From assembly GCA_002269645.1 (NCBI GenBank), contig NIVC01001276.1, forward strand, positions 1-39,966: a stretch of 39,966 nucleotides of DNA. Reading direction: 5' to 3'. This document shows, one piece after another, positions 32,507 to 39,966 of this stretch. Below the pieces are notes generated by a model, which ran no database searches, was not told the DNA's origin, and was given only the letters and a program-made list of their open reading frames with translations. Position 1 is the first letter of the stretch, and each line of letters opens with the position of its first letter. A program made the translations under genes and the position numbers. The DNA is from Macrostomum lignano (Eukaryota).

Positions 32507-32704
32507 AGCCTAGTGGCTAGAGAGTTGGACTCACGACTTGAAGGTCGGGGGTTCGATTCCCGATTCCACTGGAACAATTTGAATCATTGAGCAAAAAAAC
32601 TTAACTCTGCAAGGGTGCCAGCATTAGCTGGGGTAATTGAGGGTGTGTGTGTGTTTCAACCCCCAGTCCTTGGACTGAACAGCCGTACGCAGCCTTCAGA
32701 TGCG
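32507..32704 (+). mobile_element. tRNA-derived CORE-like SINE (copy 2, more degraded core)
   Basis: GCCTAGTGGCTAG A-box-like, GGTTCGATTCCC B-box, TTGAGCAA..ACTTAACTC core remnant; 3' tail near-identical to copy 1. Confidence 0.8.
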
Positions 32705-32870
32705 TCGGTTGCACATCTGGCCAAATTGGGGCAGGTGCAATCAAATATTATTATTTTTATTATACTTTTAAAGTTCTGCGCCAATCTGTATTTTTAAATC
32801 TCTTCTACTACCGTACAATCATTTTAGAATCTGCTTGCCTGGACTAAGCAGTCAGTCAGCCAGGGAAAAG

Positions 32871-34531
32871 TCAAGCATTCTCCGCAGGCAGGAACTGCAG
32901 AACACCGCATTTACCGGCCACCATCCAGTCGGAATGCTGAGCGGCGGCCGCCTCGGCCTGTCCGGGCGCTAAACCGGCCACCACGTTCGATTTGAGAGTG
33001 CGAACTAACAGCAGAGGCGCCGGACGGAAGCGGCCGACGGCTTTGGCCAATGGTGCGGTTGGCGGCCAGGCCAGATCACTGACGGCCTTGCGATAGTTGA
33101 GATCGCCTTTGAGCACAACGCAGTCAGCCTGGCTCAGCTTTTTATAAAGCTTTGCGCCCAGCGGCGAAGTTTCCATGTCGGCAAATGCTAGCCAAGTTGT
33201 CCAAAACGGGTCGCTACCGGACGATAGCTGTCCGGTAGACAGGCGAGACCGAAGCGACTCGGCCAGCTGGACGGATGATTGGCCGGCCGAGCCGGAGGCC
33301 AGCCAGTCAAGCGTGGCAGCCAAGTCCAGTTCAGTAGCGTCGGACACAAACCAGGGCGCCGCTTTGGTGTGCAGCCGGACTTTTCAGCGTGACCACCGCG
33401 TAGAAGGCATTCGGCTAGGCAGAGGTCCGACACCAGCTCCGGGCCGACGTTGTCCAGCACGATCTGCGGACATGATTGTACATTCAGTCTTGCTCAAACA
33501 CGTACTCAGAGAACGAGAAATGTCGTCAATGCGCACACCTGGAATTTTGGGGTGGAGGGACTCTGGATCATAATAATAACACAGTGAAGTAATACACGCC
33601 GATATAGTTATCGGCGCTGACTCCTGAGCACATTACACACAAGGCGCCAATACTGTACACAGGCACGCACTCATACACACGCTCACACATGGGTTGATGG
33701 CGTGAGTCAAAATGCTATGCCTATTTGAATTCCGTGTAAATATATTAGTGACAAATTCCACTCCAGGTGTGCAGAGTATTTCCAGTCGGAGCTCACATGC
33801 ACAACAGCGACAGCAGGACCGCGCTGGCGCAAACAGTCGACAAACTGATCGGTGTGGTCCAGCAGGATGATCAATCCGGAGGAGTTGGCGTCATCCGCGG
33901 CCAGCTGGTGCGCCTCGGCCAAAGCTGACAGCGACAGGTCGGCCAGATTGGCTGACAGGCAGAGCCGGAGCAGCCGGCGCAGCTGAGGCGCGCCGTTGGC
34001 AGCCTCTGCTTCGGCCTCGGCTGCCAGAGCGGCTTCGGCGGCAGCGGCAGCCAGCGCGGCGGAGCCAAGCAAACTTTGCCGTTTCTCGGGCGCGAACAGA
34101 TCAATGCCGACCGTCAGATCGGCTAGATTGACCAGCTCCAGCAGCCGCCTATACATGTAGCATTCAACATACAGCCAGGGCTCTTTAAACCAACTCGGCG
34201 CTCGGCCAAGCGTTTCAGTCAGCTCGGCCAGGTAGTCATTCCAAGCGGTCGTGTCCGAGGCGGAGTCGGACAGCGGCAGCAGCGGCTTGTCTGTCTGCAG
34301 TTCGTTGCGCAACCGGGAGACGCCGCCAATGATGACGGATTTGACTCGGTCCATGTTGGTGGAATTAAACTCCGACTTTCTGCGACACACTGAGTCGGCC
34401 ACCTTGGCTAGGATCACTGGCAGCCGGTCGCGCACAGTTTTATAAGCGAATGAATCGACAAATCTGGCCGATAGAGGCTCGGGCAGGTTGTCTACTTGAG
34501 CAGCGGCGTCTGATGACTGCGCCTGCAGCAT
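32871..34531 (-). CDS. ARMT1: Damage-control phosphatase ARMT1 (DUF89), two exons, with a 1-nt frameshift in exon 2
   Basis: Exon 1 34531-33797 (SFAYKTVRDRLPVIL, LRNELQTDKP, PWLYVECYMYRR), donor GTGAGC. Exon 2 33463-32871 (IVLDNVGPELVSDL, PWFVSD, KGDLNYRK, RTLKS). Phase 0 intron. One A is missing in the run at 33381-33384. Confidence 0.92.
33616..33693. repeat. Dispersed repeat family copy (truncated) inside the ARMT1 intron
   Basis: GCTGACTCCTGAGCACA...AATACTGTACACAGG...CACACGCTCACACATGGG matches the 31657 copy and contains one near-copy of the 5.4-kb minisatellite unit. Confidence 0.6.
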
Positions 34532-36162
34532 GGATACAGTTCTTAGATACTAACCTCGCTACTGACAGTACAGGCCATAGAATAATGCCATCTTAAATCT
34601 CATTAAGCAGCATCTGATGACTGCGCTTGCAGCATGGATACAGTTCCTATATACTAACCTCGCTACTGCAGCTGATGATAAGGGTGTAGAGCATAAGCTC
34701 AAAGTGCTCTGATGGACAGTATACTTGCTTTTCTACACTGGCTAAACTGACTTGACTTGTACTTGGACTACATACAATTTGCATTAAAACTGTCTTTGAT
34801 TTTGTTCGATCCTTCAGCACAATATCTATAATTCTTTTTTTAAACACTATTGATCAATAAATATCTACAACCCAATATGAACCAATAGTAATTGCCCTGA
34901 ATATGTTAGCTTAGGATGAAACAGGCAAACAAATTTGAAAAAGAAATATTGCATGTTTTTGATGCTCCTGTTTTCAATACTACTTAGTTTTAAAGCAATA
35001 ATTCTAAAATAATCTAAGCATTTATAAAAATGAGACAATATTGACTAGGCTAGGCTTTTCCTATAAATATAATCTATATATTAAACTATAATAAAAGTAT
35101 TGTATTCTACTTTAATGAAGGCTCATTATTCTTATAAGATTAAGACAGAGCCACACTTGACAGTGGGTGCTACATTATTTTTTGAGTATAGACTATTAGT
35201 TTATACATAAGCTCTATATCAATGGAGCTATATAAGAAAGGCAAATGATATTAAAAGATCTCTTATCGAAATTTCTATTTCTTTTTTTGGTAAACTTGCC
35301 TCTTGAATAGAAATGTAGCTTCTTATCTTTATACTATAGTCCTAGGCTAGCCTAGGCATCTATATATGCTTAATAGTACATATTATGTTTATATATATCA
35401 CCTTAATGTATTGAGTTTAAAAATAAAAAACTTCAATTTAATGGCTTTTAGCTTAGGAAGAAATCAGGATTCAAAAAGCCAAAATAAGTTAATGCAATGA
35501 TAGGTATGTGGTCATTTTATTTGTTAACTTTTTGTTTACTAATTTTCATAGTCATTTTGTTTATTTTGTTTGCCAATTAGGTTATTTTATCTGCCATGAA
35601 AATTTTTATAGCCAAAAAGATATATAGTTTAAGTTGTAATAGACCCTTACTTACCTCTAAATAGTTTCTAGTTTTGCTAGAGAGAGCCTTGCTAACATGT
35701 TTACTTATTTTTAGATATTCTACTATAAAGTGCATATAATATAGTACATGCAACTTATATACACATGACTATATATAATTCAATCAATTCTTAGGTATTA
35801 TGCTTTGCTTTGCATATTTACATACTATCTACTGTGTTATATATAGACTATAATTGGTTAAATTACAATCACAAGATATTTTAGTAATTTTGGTAATAAG
35901 TAATTCATTATAGTAATAAGAATAAAACTTTTTGGTGATAGCCATTGTGGTTTCAAGCAAAGCAAAGAGTTCCCTTGCTAAGCTTAAGTAATGAAGCCTA
36001 AAATTTTAGAGATTTGTAATCTTTTTATGTTTTTTATATATTACAAATTCTAGTAGTTTTATAAATTAGCACTTTAAATAGGCCCTATTATATCATTATA
36101 TTAGTTTTTATGACAATCACTTAATATGAAAATTGCTTTGAAATGATTAAGTTTGAAAAGTA

Positions 36163-37440
36163 CGAGGGTTGTGTCATAAATTTGCTGACAAACTTATATA
36201 GCATCTGTTTCTTTTGTACTTTGGGGCAAAATTTTTGTTACAGACTAAGGCACCATTGATCTTATTGTCTATGGAAAATCTTCCTTTTGGCTTTTGAGAT
36301 AAAGCCGAAATTGAGTGGCATTCAAACCACCCTTCTAGCCAGTATAGAGAAAAGTGAAGCTGCCAAGCGCACTGTCATTTGGTTGTTTGTGGAAGCAGCA
36401 GAAGAAGCAGGCTGATATTTATTGCAAGCTACTGCAAATCTTTGGTGAGGATGCACCTTCAAAACAAACTGTGTCAAAGTGGGTGCAGTGCTTTGAGGAC
36501 GGCTAGGAGACAGTTGATGATGCTCCCTGCCTAGGTGCACCGTGGTCATTACTTCTAGTGACAATATCCAGCGTGTGCAGCATACCCTGGATGATGATTG
36601 TGGAGCAACCCTGAGGCAGTTAGAGGACTTGTTGGCAATACCAATGAAGAGCATTCTTTTCATCATCTCTGACCATCTACATATGACACAAGTTGTTGCA
36701 CAATGGGTCCCTAAACTGCTGACTCTTGTCCAACTGCAAGAGAGGGTCCAGATGTGCTGCCACCTGCTCAATGCCTATCAAAATGAGCCTGACTTTCTTG
36801 GCTGCCTGGTGACTGGTAATGAAATGTGGTTTTACTTCTACGAACTGGAAACGAAACAGCAGAGCAGCATCTGGAAGGCTATTCACAAACCCCAATTAGT
36901 CAAGGCCAAGGCAGTATAGTCAGCAGGTAAGCACATGGCCACCGTGTTCTGGGACAGAGAAGGCATCTTGCTGATTGAGTGGCTACCTGAAGGCAGAACC
37001 ATCAATGCCCAGTACTACTGTGAAATATTGGAATGGCTCACCAGGGGCACTGTGCTGCAGTAGGACAATGCTAGGCCGCATACCTACAATGCAACTATGG
37101 ATGTCATCAGGAGACTAGGCTTCAAGTTGCTGCCTCACCCTGCCTATTCTCCTGACCTGGCCCCTAGTGACTACTGGTTGTTTCCTAAAATGAAAGAGCC
37201 TCTTTGTGGCCATTGCTATAGAAGCCTTTCTGCACTCAGCTCGGCCATCAGCCAGTAGGTACAAGGGACCCCATGGAATTCTTCACCCAGGACAGCAGCA
37301 AGCTGCCAGAGAGATGGCACAAATGTATGCAGCTTGGGGGCAACTATGTTGAGAAATGCAATGTTGACAATTAGGCCTAACTGTTCTTTGTTTTGTTTCT
37401 TTGATATTTGTAGTTGTCAGCAAATTTATGACAACCTTCA
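36163..37440 (+). mobile_element. Decayed mariner (Tc1/mariner, DD34D) DNA transposon, ~1.28 kb
   Basis: TA flanks both ends. TIRs CGAGGGTTGTGTCATAAATTTGCTGACAA and TTGTCAGCAAATTTATGACAACCTTCA. Broken transposase with WVPKLL, VTGNEMW (first D mutated), DNARPH and YSPDLAPSDY; several stops and frameshifts. Confidence 0.93.
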
Positions 37441-38799
37441 TATAATACCTCTTGTCTTTCTTTTCTAAGCCTTAAACTACTTGCATGTCATACATGATAT
37501 CTTGAATGAAATAGCCCCATTGCATGGAGGCCTCACTATCAATTCTATATAGGCCTAGGGCCTGCCTAGTTACTAGTATAAAGAAATAAGAACTATCTAT
37601 GCCTTACAAAGTGGAACATGGTATTATACCCTCTCTCTCTCTCTATATGGGTAGGGTATATGGGTAGGCCCTATATGCATAATGATCATTGCTATACAGG
37701 CTTACAGCCAGAAATTCCTGTATAGGAATAGGATAGGCCTAAATATCCAGATATCTAGATATCTGGGATAAATATTCCTTTTTGAATTGAAATTTCCTTC
37801 TCCTGTGCATCTGGGTAATATTTTTTTACTGAGACAAGGCGCAAAATCGCAATCTATGCCCAATTCCTCTTTTTTCTTATTTCAAGGCAGTGCAAAAAGG
37901 CTTTAAGGCTTAAAAAGGAAATAGGTTATGACATGAGACTGCACCTAAACTGCACCCACTTTTTCAATTTCAGGGTGCGATTTCAAATTTTGGGGTGCAT
38001 GCGCACACTGCGCACAAAAGAATCTAGTACAGTGCACCACACAGTGAAAACAGAGAACAGGGACAAATTTCAATCGTGATCGTCTACCGAAAATGGTAAG
38101 TTAAGTAATGACGTCCTCCGAAAGAATACCACTTTATAATGACCTTAATAATTTAATGCAGTAAACTAGGACTAGGAGATTGCCTAGACTTATTTGAAAA
38201 GCCTTTTCCTTTTTATTCATCAATTCTATCTCGTCAGTCAGTACAGTAGGTTTCTGATTAACCAGTCAATCAATACTAGGTCCTAGGATGCCTCGGACAA
38301 AATCACCTAAAGTTCTACGTTTAAATAAATTGCCACATTAAACAAACATTATGCTTAAAAATTAAATTAAGTTGAGTAATACTATGAGAAAACATGTTGG
38401 GATATAAAATGTTAACCTTTACTATAAGTAACAGTATTATACTGTTTGTATTACTTTTATCCAAAAGGTCGTGTTTGAAAAAATTTAAGTTTTTGGGCAA
38501 TTAAACGTGGACAATTAAGAGGAAGGAAATAAGGTAATTACATTAAAAAGTATTTTTTATAATGCTAGCTAGATTTTTATTAAGAAATATTGAATACAGT
38601 AGTAAAGCTAATTAAAGTACAAGTGCTATGATTCTGAATCATGAATATGAGTTTGATATGCTAAATCCTAAATCTGATTTTTTTGTTGTCTTGACTTAAG
38701 TCTTATTTAAGACTCTAACATACAGAGTCGAAAAATCAGAAAATAAATCATAATGTAACTTTCATTTGGCTTATTGCTATACCTAGTCTATACTATGTA

Positions 38800-39830
38800 T
38801 GTTACGTATAAAGTAGACAATTTTGATATCATATAAATAAAGCTTAAGATCAACATTTATGGCGAAAACCAACGCGTTTCAACCCACTAGGGCCGTCGTC
38901 AGGGTTTATTTTATCACTGAACGAAACACTCAATATAAATAAGCAAACGATTGTACTATCTCAAGTGTCAAATTGAAAACGGGAGGGTAACCAATGTACG
39001 AAAAACATAAAAAATAGGGGTTGGAGTTAAGCGAGAATAATGAGAGAGAGAGAGAGAGAAGGCAAACAGATGTAAAAAACAAATGTACGCGCAACAAAAA
39101 ATAGTCAAACTCAAAACACCCTAAGAAGGTGGCCCGCACCACTATGTAGCAATTGCACATTGAGACTGGGATTTTGAGCTTTGATGTGCAGCGCTTCAAG
39201 AATGCTAAGCTTGAATTCAGAGTTAGCACGGTCGATAATTTTAAACAATTCAATCTGTTCTCTGTCACAGCAGCCCTTGCATTCCAGACGGTGGTCCTGG
39301 ATAGCAGATTTTTTCAGCCAATGCTCCCTAACTCTGGTGTGCAGGTGTCTTTTGGTTTTTCCCACGTAAGAGATATTCTGATCTTCAGAACAACAAAATT
39401 TATAGACGACACCTGCAACTAGAGCACAGGAACATGGGACTTGAGATTGCTGACAAATTGACCCACCTTGGCAGTGCGAAAGACAATCCTAATCGGAGTG
39501 TTGTACCATTTCCGAAAAGATCTCTCAAGCTTCTTTTTCAACAAGATAGATGGGATACCATAGAACGGCAAGATCATCACGGGGTCATCCGGCTTTTTAC
39601 TATGATTCTGTTGCAGTCTGCCAGTAACCTTATTAGTGACAAACTTGAAAATCAACCGACTAATGAGATTTTTTGGGTATCCGTTCATACTGAAAATCCT
39701 AGTCAAATTTTTCACCTCCTCATCAAACGCAGCCCAGGAACTACACAGAGAGTAAGCTCTGTGCAGCATACAATGGATCAGGCCAATATTCCACTGTTTC
39801 GGACAGAGGGCATTGAAATTCAATAGTAAA
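38800..39830 (-). mobile_element. 5'-truncated Penelope-like retroelement (RT thumb, GIY-YIG endonuclease, pLTR)
   Basis: LIHCMLHRAYSLCS...FSMNGYPKNLI (PLE RT C-terminus), then after a frameshift near 39420 GVVYKFCC...SYVGKTKRHLHTRVREH...ILEALHIKAQNPSLNVQ (GIY-YIG), stop at 39111. The left boundary is approximate. Confidence 0.9.
38866..38907 (-). ncRNA. Minimal type I hammerhead ribozyme in the Penelope pLTR
   Basis: Minus strand AAACC-CUGACGA-CGGCCC-UAGU-GGGUUG-GAAAC-GC-GUU-GGUUU: full core, 5-bp stem I, 6-bp stem II (two G-U pairs), palindromic ACGCGU stem III. Confidence 0.82.
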
Positions 39831-39874
39831 CTCTGGCCTCTGCTCTGACTCTCCCTACATCCCTTGGATCCTTT

Positions 39875-39966
39875 GAAACTTCTATCTTCTCTTCTGTTTT
39901 CTCTCTTCTCTCTCATCCCTTGTCTCTCTTCTCTGAGCTCTCTCTCCTCTCCTCTCTTCTCTTTTT
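39875..39966. repeat. Imperfect (CT)n-rich microsatellite at the window end
   Basis: Pyrimidine-only low-complexity tract. Confidence 0.85.

Noticed and set aside
32507-32570. tRNA gene (also ~10870-10934)
   Set aside because: A and B boxes are present, but there is no complete cloverleaf and both continue into a shared SINE body.

Overview
Repeat-rich metazoan genomic DNA, not prokaryotic: GT-AG introns, GC-rich exons in AT-rich introns. The gene content and style suggest a free-living flatworm such as Macrostomum, but that is inference. Host genes: (1) a 9-exon PH-domain/coiled-coil gene (+, ~1726-9132) with a different minisatellite in most long introns; (2) a PWamide neuropeptide precursor with 20 AYGSMPW-G-KR units (+, 25875-26614); (3) three co-oriented minus-strand housekeeping genes, ARMT1, a NIFK/Nop15-like RRM gene and SmG. 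Mobile DNA: an intact, apparently very young Ngaro-type tyrosine-recombinase retrotransposon (17060-21530, split direct repeats A1-ORFs-B1-A2-B2). It sits in the right terminal inverted repeat of an older ~1.4 kb element, so its empty target site can be read from the left repeat. Also present are a decayed mariner, a truncated Penelope-like element carrying a minimal hammerhead ribozyme, tRNA-derived CORE-like SINEs, two MITE-like inverted-repeat elements and many satellites. Most notable: the ATG-less recombinase ORF can be reached either by an in-frame Gag-to-YR splice or by an HIV-type U UUU UUA -1 frameshift. No CRISPR array, rRNA or genuine tRNA gene is supported. All identifications come from manual motif reading; no database searches were run.
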